From Eledone cirrhosa (taxonomy: Eukaryota): a DNA stretch of 64,000 bases. The notes under the pieces were generated by a model. That model was not told the origin of the DNA, ran no database searches, and saw only the letters and a program-made list of their open reading frames with translations. Shown here piece by piece: positions 32,463 through 49,320 of the stretch. Location of the stretch: contig OZ024744.1 in assembly GCA_964016885.1 (NCBI GenBank), positions 123,752,001 to 123,816,000 on the forward strand, read 5' to 3'. A program made the translations under genes and the position numbers. The stretch's first letter is position 1. Each line of letters opens with the position of its first letter.

Positions 32463-33897
32463 ATTATTATGCGCATTTCAAAAACAAATATCATCATGCA
32501 ATAATATTTGTGTTTTCATCAGATAAAACAGGAAGACATGATATGAAGGTTAAAAAACACTTGTGGATAGTTCAGTTTTAAATCAACATATATGATATGT
32601 TGATTTAAAACTGAACTATCCACAAGTGTTTTTTAACCTTCATATCATGTCTTCCTGTTTTATCTGATGAAAACACAAATATTATTGCATGATGATATTT
32701 GTTTTTTAAATGCGCATAATAAAATACATGGAACTCTTTTAACCATCTTTTGTTCTTATATATTATGTATACTCCAGTCCTACAAACTGTAGAGTGCTTC
32801 TTATCCGATTCTTATCCGATGATTCTTTAAAGAATCATCTGTACTCTACCAACATGCTAAAATAGAACACAAGGGTAAATTAGAGAACATAGAAATAAAA
32901 ATAGAATCTACACACAGAAAAGACACCATGTTTAGACAAATTACAGAGGCAATAAACATAAAAGAATTCCAACCAAAATTAAATAGGAAATATGAGTGGA
33001 ACAGCAACATCACAACTTACAATTCAGGACAAAATGAAAACACACACACACATAAAAACAAACAACCAACCAGTAACATGTAAATAAACAAATAAATAAA
33101 TGAACATAAACACACACAGACACCCGGATGTGGCGCATGCGCAGACTGAGCACACAACACACACACAGAAACAAAATTATTATGCGCATTTCAAAAACAA
33201 ATATCATCATGCAATAATATTTGTGTTTTCATCAGATAAAACAGGAAGACATGATATGAAGGTTAAAAAACACTTGTGGATAGTTCAGTTTTAAATCAAC
33301 ATATCATATATGTTGATTTAAAACTGAACTATCCACAAGTGTTTTTTAACCTTCATATCAAGTCTTCCTGTTTTATCTGATGAAAACACAAATATTATTG
33401 CATGATGATATTTGTTTTTGAAATGCGCATAATAAAATACATGGAACTCTTTTAACCATCTTTTGTTCTTATATATTATGTATACTCCAGTCCTACAAAC
33501 TGTAGAGTGCTTCTTATCCGATTCTTTTCCGATGATTCTTTAAAGAATCATCTGTACTCTACCAACATGCTAAAATAGAACACAAGGGTAAATTAGAGAA
33601 CATAGAAATAAAAATAGAATCTACACACAGAAAAGACAATGTTTAGACAAATTACAGAGGCAATAAACATAAAAGAATTCCAACCAAAATTAAATAGGAA
33701 ATATGAGTGGAACAGCAACATCACAACTTACAATTCAGGACAAAATGAAAACACACACACACATAAGAACAAACAACCAACCAGTAACATGTAAATAAAC
33801 AAATAAATAAATGAACATAAACACACACAGACACCCGGATGTGGCGCATGCGCAGACTGAGCACACAACACACACACAGAAACAAAATGGCGTAGGA
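32125..33897. repeat. ~713-bp tandem composite unit (about 2.5 copies) of two PLE families
   Basis: Equivalent hammerhead positions 32658 and 33371 are 713 bp apart. Each unit has a GIY-YIG tail, a 3'UTR and a family A fold-back. Confidence 0.85.
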
Positions 33898-34620
33898 CAA
33901 GAATACCCGATGAAACTCATCAACGCAGCCATCTCCAAGGCTAAGAACATTCCAATAACAACACTGAGAAAACCAAACCCACAACATAAAAAAGAAAACC
34001 CTGCTATCTCTTTTGTCATCACTCACAACCCATGGAACGTCAACATTGTGAAAACTGCTAAGCAGTATCTCCCGATTCTACGGCAATCTACCAAAATGAA
34101 TGCACTCTTAAAAAACACACAGATAATTTATAGCAGATGCCAAGAACCCAATCTTAAAAAACTAATTACCAAGGCAAAATTTACGACCAACATGGAATCA
34201 ATGCAAGTGACGAAATGCGGGGACCCTAGATGTGGAACCTGTGAACTCATCGAAGAGGGCAAACAGTTGTCCTTCAAAAACCATGATAATTTCAAGGTCA
34301 ATGCAAACATGAACTGCAAAACGAAAAACCTAATATATTGCGCAACATGTCCACAGTGTAAAGAGTATTACATTGGGGAAACCGGAAAGGGACTACATGA
34401 TAGAGTCCGGGTACATAAACAACAAATTAAAGAGCCCACAGTCAGAAATACCACATGTAGCGCACACTTTGCATCATGCGGGAAGGGAAAATTCACAATC
34501 TTCCCTTTCTTCAAGATATGGTCGGATAACGAACATTTCCGCAGATATAAAGAATTCTTCATTGAAAAATTTAAACCACTACTGAACACGAAAAAATGAA
34601 TTAACACTTGGAGGTAAAAT
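33898..34620 (+). mobile_element. Penelope-like element (Neptune-type) RT thumb/linker and GIY-YIG
   Basis: YPMKLI..FVITHNP..PNLKKLI..KCGDPRCGTC..NCKTKNLIYCATCPQCKEYYIGETG..RVRVH..H..KFKPLLN. A linker Cys cluster is characteristic of Neptune-type PLEs. Confidence 0.88.
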
Positions 34621-35360
34621 TCCATTTCACTAACCCCCCCCCCCCCCTTTTCTTATGTGTACACATGAATATCTGAGTGAACGGTGAGACACACACATAT
34701 ATGTGTGTAGGTATGTATGGATATAAGTACGTGTGGGTATATATGTATGTGGGTGTGTGTATGTGTGTGTATATATATGTATGGATGTGTGTATGTATGT
34801 ATGTGTGTGTTTATATATATATATATATGTGTGTGTATGTATATATATATATGTATATGTATTAATGTGTATATTTGTATATATATATATATGTATATAT
34901 ATATAGATATATGTTTATATGTTTATATGTGTGTGTATGTATATGTATGTATCTATATGTGTGTGTGTGTATGTATGTGCATATATGTATATGTGTGTGT
35001 ACGTATATGTATGTTTCTGTATGTGTATATGTATGTATGTATGTAGCTGTATATGTGTGTGTGTATATATATGTATATGTATGTATATATATATATATAT
35101 ATCCATGTGGAGGTATGAGTACATATCCGTGTGTGTACGTATGTGTATATGTGTTTTTATATGTGTCTTTATATGTTTTTATGTATGTATGTGGATGTAT
35201 ATGTACATGGGTGTGTGATTGATGGTGTGTGCCTATATATTCCTACATATGCCCGTGTGTATGTACGTATATACGCACATATGTGTGTGTTGAACAAAGG
35301 ACTAATTTTGGGATGGACGTAGAAAAATTCATCAGAGAAAAAAAGAATTGTTTACAAGCT

Positions 35361-35470
35361 TGGCAGGTGCGGTTTGCCTATGACCATTCTCGATACAAAG
35401 GAATACTAAATGTTTTTTCCCCTGAATAAAGGAATTTTTCGAGAATGACCTGGGCAGGCCGCGCTTGCTA
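35361..35470 (+). other. G.U-rich RNA hairpin
   Basis: 35361-35380 pairs with 35451-35470 (20 bp, 6 G.U, no mismatch), plus an inner 9-bp cattctcga/tcgagaatg stem. Confidence 0.7.
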
Positions 35471-35856
35471 CATTTCTCCCCATCCAACCCTACTCACTGT
35501 CTCAACTCATTACTGCTATTAACATTTTTTCAACACACTTACACCCCTACACTTATGAAAAAAACCAAAAAAAACCCCCACCGCACCACAAACATGTTAG
35601 ATCCCTATATATAGAACAACACACCACATACACATCAGTTTGACAAGCAGACCTCAGCGTGAAAGGTCTTTCTAAAAACGAAACAATACCTCCTACGTTA
35701 ACCAAGAACCCCTAAGACCTAACCAACAACCAACGACTTAATTTATAAAAAAATTTAAAAAATAAAAATTTTTTTCTAATCCGGAAAAAAAATTCTTTTT
35801 GGATTTTGTGAAGAAAATAAATTTGTTGAAAGCACGAGTGAAGCCATTTTTTTTTT

Positions 35857-38150
<2,294 letters not shown>

Positions 38151-38154
<4 letters not shown>

Positions 38155-38570
38155 GAAAATCCTGGAGGGACTAGCACCAAACTTTGGCATTGGGAGCTGG
38201 ACCAACCGTCGAACAGGACGTCACTGTGTGGTGCCAAAGGTCCCGTCTTCCACATCTAGAATAAGGAGCAGGTATTGCAATAGCCTGGGATTCAAGGGCC
38301 CTCAACTCTTCAACAGGCTGCCGAGGCATCTGCGAGACTTGCATGACGTGGAGGTGGATGTCTTTAAGAAACATCTCGACACCTTGTTATCCAGGATCCC
38401 GGATGAGCCCACAGCAAGACACGAGGGAAACCTAAGGGCAGCAGCAACAAACTCCCTCCTACACCAGTGGCCAACCTATACAGGCTGGAGATAAAATGTG
38501 TAGCAACAAGGGCGGTGCCCCAGCATGGCCTCAGCCGGATGGCTGAAACAGGTAAAAGAGTAAAAGAGTA
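38151..38570 (+). mobile_element. CR1/L2-group LINE 3' fragment (same family as 22021-24667)
   Basis: Near-identical to ~24248-24667, including the tail. Confidence 0.93.
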
Positions 38571-38647
38571 TTTATATATAAATATAGAATTCTGGCAATA
38601 TTACACAAATATGACCCTCCCCAAGTATAACAATATTTATATATATT

Positions 38648-38682
<35 letters not shown>

Positions 38683-38696
38683 ATTTATATATTATT

Positions 38697-39042
38697 TATT
38701 AAAATAACAGATTAAAGTTTAAGCAAAGAATCGCTGCTTTCACCCTTAACGGGATCTTCTGCAACTAACAAAGTCAATCTGTAAAGGCAGAACCGGATAT
38801 TTCAAAAAACGTTGCAACCGGAGGAAGACATTGCAACGTTTTTTGAAATATCCAGTTCTGCGTTTACAGATTGACTTTGTTAGTTTCAGAAGATCTCGTT
38901 AAGGGTGAAAGCAGCGATTCTTTGCTTAAACTTTAATCTGTTATTTTAATAAATATTTTCTCTACGCTTCTTATATATTTGATATATATTTATCCTTATC
39001 GAGCCCTCTTTGGAATTTAGTCTTCAAATTTATTATTATTAC
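38697..39042. mobile_element. Fold-back CAGAAGA-family element
   Basis: Hairpin centred near 38823. Hammerhead-like motifs at 38716-38766 (-) and 38882-38932 (+). Confidence 0.7.
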
Positions 39043-39147
<105 letters not shown>

Positions 39148-39377
39148 TTAGATATATATATATATGTATAATATAAGATCAAAAGATGGTTAAAGGAGTT
39201 CCATATATTTTATCATGCGCATTTCAAAAACAAACATCATCATGCAATAATATTTGTGTTTTCATCAGATAAAACAGGAGAACATGATATGAAGGCTAAA
39301 AAACACTTGTGGATAGTGCAGTTTTAAATCAACATATATATGTATATATATATATACGTATATATATATATATATGT

Positions 39378-42300
39378 ATCATCATCATCATCATCATCAT
39401 CAACGTTTAACGTCCGTGTTCCATGCTTGCATGGGTTTGGACGGGGGTAGTCCCACTTGAGGCAAGAGTGATTGTCTTGCTCGCATAGGACTGTCTGGCA
39501 GGTTTTCTACAGTTGGATGCCCTTCCTAACACCAACCACATTTACAGTGTGGGTCTGGGAGGTTTTTACCGTGTTGCCTACACGGCCACATTACAGCGTG
39601 GACTGTGTGTTTTTTTGTCGTGACACCTACACGATCTCATTTGTTTCGGCCTGGATGGCGCGGCACCAACATAACTTTACATAGAACGGGGGTGGTGTGG
39701 ATGGGGTGGGGGTGGTGGCGGGACGGGGGTGTATTTTGTTAGAGATGCCTACTGGCAAGGCAGGTCTTCTCTGTTACTGAGTACCGCCAAAGGTCTCGGT
39801 CCAGTGACATTGTCTTGGAGAGGTGTAAGTGTGTGAGGTCGGAGTTTATCAGCTCATCCCAGGTTTTTCTAGGTCTGCCTATTCCGTGGCTACCGTCTAT
39901 CTTCATTGCCCTGCACTTTGTTATACAGCTATCGACTTTCATGCGCATCACGTGTCCATACCAACGCAGCCTTCTCTCGAGTAAACAACATCTGATCCCT
40001 CTTATCTCTAATTTTTTCCTTAGTTCGTTTATGCTTTGCCGTTCACGTATATTACTGTTACACATCCAGCGGAGCATGCAAGCTTCGTTCCTCTCTAGTC
40101 TGCGTATATCCTCTGCACACAATGCCCAGGTCTCACTACCATGCAACATTGCTGTTCGTATGCAGGCATCGTACAACCTGCCTTTCATTTTTAGGGAGAA
40201 CCCTTTAGCAGCTAATAGTGGTATAAGCTCTCTGAACTTTTTCCACCAGTTCTGACTCTAGCTACAGTACTTTCAGAGCACCCTCCCCCACTGCTGATTT
40301 TATCGCCCAGGTAACGGAAGCTGTCCTCTATTTCTATAGAACCCTCTGCGCAATTGAAAGAGCTAGTATTTTTTGGGCACTTGCTGCTACTTATTGCACC
40401 AGAACACCAGCCACATGTAAAATCTATGTTCTTAGTTAGCTTACCTGTGATCCCACTACATCTTTTATGCACCCATACTTTGCATTTAGGACATAAAATG
40501 GAGTTTCTACCTACGCCTTTCCTACACACCGAGCACGACCATTTCCCAGAAGGGACCGCCGCCTTGTTTTCTTTCCTACAAACTAGAACTTTGGTCTTAG
40601 CCAGGTTAATTTTAAGTACTTTTGACTCTAGGCCGTGCTTCCATGTTTGGAATTTCTTCTCTAGCTCGGCCATTGATTCCGCTATGAGTGTCAGGTCGTC
40701 TGCGTATAGGAGTTCCCATGGGCAGCCGGTCTTGAACTCCACTGTTATAGCCTGAAGGGCAATAATAAATAGTAGGGCCTAAGAACGGCGCCCTGATGGA
40801 CGCCAACTTTTACGCTAAACTCTTCACTATATTCGTTGTTAATTCTAACCTTGCTGACTGTTTCTTTATACATGGCTTGTATAGCCCTCACAAGCCATTC
40901 GTCAACGCCTAGCTTTCTAAGAGCCCACCAGATAATGGAGCGGGGGACTCTGTCGAAGGCTTTCTCCAGGTCGACAAAAGCTAAGTAGAGGGGTTTACCT
41001 TTAGCTAGGTACTTCTCCTGTAGTTGTCGTACTATGAAAAGAGCGTCTGTGGTGCTTTTGCCCGACACAAACCCGAACTGCATTTCATCTAGGTCAATTC
41101 TCTCTCTGATTAGTTGCGCTATTACTTTTTCCGTGACCTTCATGACCTGGTCGATTAATTTAATGCCTCTATAGTTACTCCTATCTAGGGCGTCTCCTTT
41201 ACCCTTATAACAGTTAACGATGATGCTGCTATGCCAGTCCTTCGGAACAACCCCATTCTGTACGACTTGGTTAACTATGCGGGTGACCATGGTGTGTCCC
41301 ACCGTGCCAGATGCCTTCAGCATCTCAGCAACTATTTCCGAAGGCCCAGCCGCCTTACCCGTCTTCATATCCTTGATTGCCTTACTTATTATACTCCCCT
41401 CGACTAACACTGCTGGTCCCTCTATTGGGTCGATATGGGGGAGACTGTCTTTCTCCCATTTGTTCTCCTCATTTAGTAGCCTTTCATAGTGACACTTCCA
41501 AGCTACCTTCTTATCAGTGTCGGTGATGGCAAGTATGCCATCATCGTTAAGTACACACTTCTCCCCGACAATATCACGGTTTTCCTTGACGCATTGCCTA
41601 GCAATCCTGAACACCTCACGTTTTTGGTCATCGCGTTGTAGAACATGCTTGAACTTTCTTTCCTCAGCTTCCCTTCTTGCTAAGTACACTTCTCTCCTAG
41701 CTTCCCTCCTGGCCACTTGATAGTCTACTCTACTTCCCCCATCCCGCCATACTTTCCAAGCCTGCTTTTTGGCCTTAATTGACCCCTCCACCCTACTGTT
41801 CCACCACCATGTTACTCTCCTCCTGCCTACAGGCCTGCTCCAGCCACAGACTTCGTCTGTCGCCAACAGCAGGTTTGCTTTCAGAAATTCCCACTGTCCC
41901 TCTATATTGTCCGATTCTAGATGCTCTTCCTTACTGTCGAAAGCATCAAGTAATATGCTTTGAAATTTATTTCTGGCTGTGGGGTCCTTTAGTTTCCATA
42001 TTTTCCTCCTGAGGATAGTCCTCTTCTGCTGTCGAGTACGTCTCGTCCTGACTATGAGGTCGCTAATTATCAGTCTATGTTGGGAGGTGCATTCTTCATG
42101 GGGGAGGGATTTAGTGTTTACAACAGACACTCTGTCACGTCTTCTGGTAAGGATATAATCTACCTGGCTTGTGTGTTCCCCGGATCTATAGGTGATCAGG
42201 TGATTGTCACGTTTTTTGAAGTTAGTGTTACAGATAGTTAGGTTATTTGCATCACAGAATTCCAGGATTCTGGAGCCTTCCTCATTTCTAGTACCAAACC

Positions 42301-43080
42301 CATAGCCTCCATGGATTTCGTCGTAGCCGTCACAATGTTGTCCAACGTGACCATTTAGGTCGCCTGCAATAATTATATAGTCACTGTCAGATATTTGGGA
42401 GTTAGTTAGCAACAGTGTCTCATAGAATCTGTCTTTTATAGTGCCGGGCAGTCCGGATTGGGGGTGCGTACGCAGATATTACTGTCACCGTAGTTCTATT
42501 GAGGACAAGTCGTATTTTAATTATTCTGTCGTTCACTCTATTTACGTCTATTATCTTATCTGCCCACTTTTCTGCTACCATGATTCCTACTCCACCCAGC
42601 CCATCGTCGTTTTCCCACCCAGAAAAGCTTATAACATCGTTTTTTACCCTCAATGAATCTAGCAGACCCACCCCTCCACCTGGTCTCTTGAATACAACAA
42701 ACATCGACCTCCTTACGTTCAAGCATTTCTACAACCTCGTTAGCGCGACCCTTTAGGGTGCCTACATTTATAGGTACCAACTCTGAAGTTTTGGGTTGCG
42801 TTTGGAGGGTGGGGTGTGGTGGGGGGGCGGGGGGAGATAGGGTTATGTTAGCCATCCGCGGACGAAACAAAGAGGAGTACTCGCATTCTCGTCCACGAGG
42901 TGAATTTGACTTTAACTTTGGCAATTTCGCTCTGAGCGTCCAGATTTTTCTCTCCCTTCCACTCTCCAGGATTCCGCAGTCCGTCCATCCATCCATCCAT
43001 CCATCATATATCGAAGGCAACCGGGCAAGCGATAGTATAGGCCTCTGGCTTATGATTGGTCGCGTAATAATAATAATGGT
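39378..43080 (-). mobile_element. Near full-length RTE-clade LINE (family A) with frameshifts
   Basis: ATG near 42855, APE (NVGTL, IQETRW, SAYAP, GDLNGHVG), RT ([14 protein letters not shown]), 3'UTR and (TGA)n tail. Split over several ORFs; 5' boundary approximate. Confidence 0.93.
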
Positions 43081-43120
43081 GATGTTTGGGGGGGGGGGGG
43101 GGGGGGGGCTCTGGCTTATA

Positions 43121-43152
<32 letters not shown>

Positions 43153-43490
43153 AAAATAACAGATTAAGTTTAAGCAAACAATCGCTGCTTTCACCCTTAA
43201 CGGGATCTTCTGAATCTAACAAAGTCAATCTGTAAACGCAAAAGTAAATATTTCAAAAAACGTTGCAATATATATATATCATCATCATATATATATATAT
43301 ATATCATCATTATCATATATATATACATATATATGTATATATTATATATATATATATATATACATATATACATATATATATGTATATATAGATGTATATA
43401 TATATATGTATATATATGTATATATATGTATATATATGTATATATATGTATATATATGTGTATATATATGTATATATATGTATATATATA

Positions 43491-45608
43491 TAACTTTGAA
43501 TAACTTTGAAATGTTTTGGCCAGTATTGGCCCAGGCCATGTCTAACTTAATAGCACCACCTGGCGAAGTCTTTCAATTCAGGATTTGGGCACCATGGCCC
43601 ATTCGAGAAGAGAATTACTGTTTGCGGAGACATATCCGGGTGTGGGTGGTTTGTCCGGGATTACTTGGAGGAATTTGTCCAAAGACTTCTTGAATTTTGA
43701 GTGGTCAGTTTCTGTTTTGACGTGTCCTGGTGTGATGTTGAAGAGAGCAGGGCCGATTGAGGTGAAATAATTGTGCCGTATTGTTGTTATGAGTTGCGAT
43801 TTAGATTTTTGAATGGGACGGATAGCACGGGGCCCAAGCCTTGGGTGTATCTTGAAGGCGATGCCAACATCATTTGGGCAGTGATGATGGAACATTTTCC
43901 ACATCATGCAGATAATATAACGCTCATGGCGACGTTGGAGTGAGTAAAGTTTCAGGTTTTCCAATCGACCCCAGTAGTCAAGGTCTGACATGCCATCTAT
44001 CTTTTTCGTGATTGCCCTTTGAGGAGCTTCAAGTTTCATGATACTTTGTTTCGTGTGGGGAGACCACAGTGGACAACAGTATTCAAGGTGTGGTCGGGCG
44101 AAAGTAGAGAAGAGAAGGATAATGGTGCGGGGATCTCTCGACTGGAAGGTTCTGAGGATCCAGGAACACATTCTGCGGGCCATGTCAACTTTGCTGCTTA
44201 TATGCGTGGTCCAGCTTATGTTGCTGTCCACGGTTACTCCCAAGTCTCTGATGTTGTTAGATGCCACGAGAGTTTCCCCGGAGGGAAGGGAGTACGGGAG
44301 TTTCAGAGCATCCTCTTTTCCAAAGTGGATCAGTTCGAATTTGTCCTCGTTCAGTAACATGTTGTTCTTTTCTGCCCATTGGGTAACAGCCAGTAGTTCT
44401 GACTGAAGGCTTATCCGGTCATCCACGCCATTGATGACCTTTTGGAGCTTGGAATCATCAGCGAAAATTTTAATGTTGCTGTGTTTGATGATGTCAGTGA
44501 TGTCATTAATATAGATGATGAAGAGAAGTGGGCCCAACACAGTGCCTTGTGGGACTCCACTACTGACTTTGGCTGGGCTTGATTTGACTCCCTCAACTAC
44601 AACATGTTGGGTTCTGTTTGACAGGAAGCTCTTGATCCACTGCAGCAGCTTTCCAGTGACACCAATATTGGACAGCTTTCTCAGTAGAATGTTATGATCA
44701 ACCCTGTCAAAGGCCTTGCTGAAATCAAGGTAGATAACATCAGTGTTGGAACCCTCTCCCAAGGCTCTCAAAATGTCATCAAAGTGATGCAGTAGTTGCG
44801 TCAGGCAATCCCTTCCATTACGGAATCCATGCTGGTTGGAGTTCAGCATATTGTTACTCTCAAGGAAGTGGGTCATTCGCGATCTCACCACTCGCTCAAA
44901 TACCTTAATGATATGAGAGGTGAGTGAGATTGGACGGTAATTCACGGCAAGGGATTTGTTTCCCTTTTTGAAAACTGGGACAACAGACTGGGATAGAAGG
45001 TTTTCTGGCACATATCCAGCATCCAGTGAGTTCCGCCACAGATTGGCAAGAGGAGAAGCAAGTTGGTGTTGACACGCCTTCAGGACACAAGCAGGGAACC
45101 TATCGGGACCTACTGCTGAATTATGCTTGATTTCCTTTATTGCCGCCAAGACATCAGGGGCGCCAAACGTTATGTCCGATAAGGTGTAATGGGGAGTAAC
45201 ATCGCCGATACAGCCCAGATCGGCCATATCAGGATTGCTGAAAACAGAGCAGTATTGTTTCTGCAGTATCTCACCCATGGTTTTAGCATTGTCTTGAAGA
45301 GTGCCATTTTCATCAATTAGAGGGCCAACAGTAGAGCCAGTGATTTTGTGTTTTTTTGCAAATGAAAAGAACACTTTGGGATTGAGTTTGATCTTCTCAA
45401 TGGCCCAGGCCTCTTCAGCTCTTCTCTGATTGTTGATGAGGGACATTATGTTGTTTTGGAGGTTATGTTTTTTAATCTCTAGTGATGAAATGGCAGTCAA
45501 GTTGATGTGTTGCTGCTGACAGTATTTCAGCTTGTTGATTTTTTTGTTCGTTCTCTTAATTTTTCTGATGAGCGTTTTTCTATTTCTAGGGATTCTGCTC
45601 TTAGATTT

Positions 45609-45612
<4 letters not shown>
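43491..45612 (-). mobile_element. CR1/L2-group LINE (second family), 5'-truncated, uninterrupted RT ORF
   Basis: ORF 43578-45500, open further up to the TA array. [45 protein letters not shown]. (TTCAAAGTTA)2 tail. Confidence 0.93.
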
Positions 45613-45698
<86 letters not shown>

Positions 45699-45711
45699 GT
45701 ATATGTATATA

Positions 45712-45740
<29 letters not shown>

Positions 45741-45748
<8 letters not shown>

Positions 45749-46532
45749 CAAATAACGAAACGAAATTAAATTTCGTTTCGTTTGTAACTCACTTTTGTAT
45801 GACTGACGCTTAAACAATTAAGTTAAAAATGTACATCTACATATGCATACTGAAATACTAGTGTGTATATGAATACACACACGTATACATATGTAGGTGT
45901 ACCAAGTCTTTCACTGGATGCTTTACTGTGAGCAGCCCAGCTATTCTGTATGTAAACACACAGACAAACGGGTTTTTAGAGTCATACTGGTTTTCGGGGG
46001 AACACCTTCCCTCTATTCTCCATAAAGCCAGACAAGGAATATTGAACTAGTTTCGTTGTTGTTACAACTCATCAGCAATATTTACCTATCTACCGGCGCT
46101 TCTGGAGAATTGTAAAAGCACATATCGTTATATGCTTTTTCTATGAAAATTAGTAGTGGGCAGACTAATTTGCATAGAGTGTGAGTACGCACCGGTTCAG
46201 CGGAGACGATAAAAACAAATAACAAAACGAAATTAAATTTCGTTTCGTTTGTAAGCGCCGGTAGATAGGTAAATATTGCTGATGAGTTGTAACAACAACG
46301 AAACTAGTTCAATATTCCTTGTCTGGCTTTATGGAGAATAGAGGGAAGGTGTTCCCCCGAAAACCAGTATGACTCTAAAAACCCGTTTGTCTGTGTGTTT
46401 ACATACAGAATAGCTGGGCTGCTCACAGTAAAGCATCCAGTGAAAGACTTGGTACACCTACATATGTATACGTGTGTGTATTCATATACACACTAGTATT
46501 TCAGTATGCATATGTAGATGTACATTTTTAAC

Positions 46533-46538
<6 letters not shown>
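45741..46538. mobile_element. Non-autonomous fold-back PLE-type element with two opposite hammerheads
   Basis: ~45816-46099 is inverted at ~46255-46538. A ~46-bp direct repeat lies at 45741 and 46210. Confidence 0.85.
46272..46316 (+). ncRNA. Minimal type I hammerhead (canonical)
   Basis: AATATTG-CTGATGA-[GTTGT aaca ACAAC]-GAAAC TA GTT-CAATATT. Identical reverse copy at 46038-46082. Confidence 0.9.
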
Positions 46539-47820
<1,282 letters not shown>

Positions 47821-48107
47821 TTCGTTTCTGAATTTGTTTAGCAAGATTCTTTATTGGCAACATTACCCTCCCAAAGTATAACTATATATATATATATAAA
47901 ACGAAGGAAATGTGGTAAGGAACCAGGTGGACCATAACGCACCAAAGTACTCAATACTTAGGGTAGTAGAGTGGGTAATAGGAACAAGTAAGACCCCGAC
48001 GGCTGAGCTCAAGCCATTTCGACGGGTAATTCTGTACTCAGTACAGAATTCAGTACAGAATTAGCCGTCGAAACGGCTTGAGCTCAGCCGTCGGGGTCTT
48101 ACTTGTT

Positions 48108-48150
<43 letters not shown>

Positions 48151-48204
48151 ATATATGTATATATACATATACATATATATATATTTATATATATATATAT
48201 ATAT

Positions 48205-48648
48205 GTATATATAATATATAAGATTAAAAGATGGTTAAATGAGTTCCATGTATTTTATTATGCGCATTTCAAAAACAAATATCATCATTCAATAACATTT
48301 GTGTTTTCATCAGATAAAATAGGAAGACATGATATGAAGGTTAAAAAACACTTGTGGATAGTGCAGTTTTAAATCAACATATCATATCATATGTTGATTT
48401 AAAACTGCACTATCCACAAGTGTTTTTTAACCTTCATATCATGTCTTCCTATTTTATCTGATGAAAACACAAATGTTATTGCATGATGATATTTGTTTTT
48501 GAAATGCGCATAATAAAATACATGGAACTCATTTAACCATCTTTTAATCTCATATATTATGTATACTCCAGTCCTACAAACTGTAGAGTGCTTCTTATCC
48601 GATATCTGCATTGCTTTATTGTACTACAATAAAACTCACCTCCTACAT
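48205..48648. mobile_element. PLE family A fold-back pLTR
   Basis: Hairpin centred near 48385. Hammerheads at 48253-48319 (-) and 48452-48518 (+). Confidence 0.85.
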
Positions 48649-48789
48649 TATATGTATATATATATACATATATATATACATATATATATATATACATATA
48701 TATATATACATATATATATATATACATATATATACATATATATATATACATATATATATATACATATATATATATACATATATATATAC

Positions 48790-48852
<63 letters not shown>

Positions 48853-48863
48853 TATATATATAC

Positions 48864-48940
<77 letters not shown>

Positions 48941-49015
48941 CACATAAATATATATATACATAAATATATATATACATAAATATATATATACATAAATATA
49001 TATATACATAAATAA

Positions 49016-49047
<32 letters not shown>

Positions 49048-49067
49048 ATATATATATACATACATAA

Positions 49068-49100
<33 letters not shown>

Positions 49101-49112
49101 ATACATACATAA

Positions 49113-49145
<33 letters not shown>

Positions 49146-49151
49146 ATACAC

Positions 49152-49189
<38 letters not shown>

Positions 49190-49218
49190 ATGATGATGAT
49201 CCGTTTACTCTGTTACAG

Positions 49219-49301
49219 TCACCTCTCACACAGGACACAGTCACTCTGGTTCGAGCAGCTTATGCAGAGAACATTGCACAACTTGCAGAGATTGCTCTTC
49301 G
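49219..49301 (+). CDS. PIK3R4: PIK3R4/VPS15 internal exon (HEAT-repeat region)
   Basis: ttacag acceptor and GT donor. Translates [27 protein letters not shown](R), resembling vertebrate VPS15 '[26 protein letters not shown]' (recalled). Ends in phase 2, matching the next exon. Confidence 0.93.
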
Positions 49302-49320
49302 GTCTGTTTACTTTATCATA

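Noticed and set aside
35376-35452. SECIS element (some PLEs encode selenoproteins)
   Set aside because: The UGAN/NGAN quartet is out of register with the helix, the loop is too long, and no in-frame UGA was seen at Cys positions in the GIY-YIG fragments.
42840-42910. HDV-like ribozyme in the RTE 5'UTR
   Set aside because: A hairpin and GCTAA are present, but the nested P1/P2/P3 pseudoknot could not be assembled by eye. A descriptor search would settle it.
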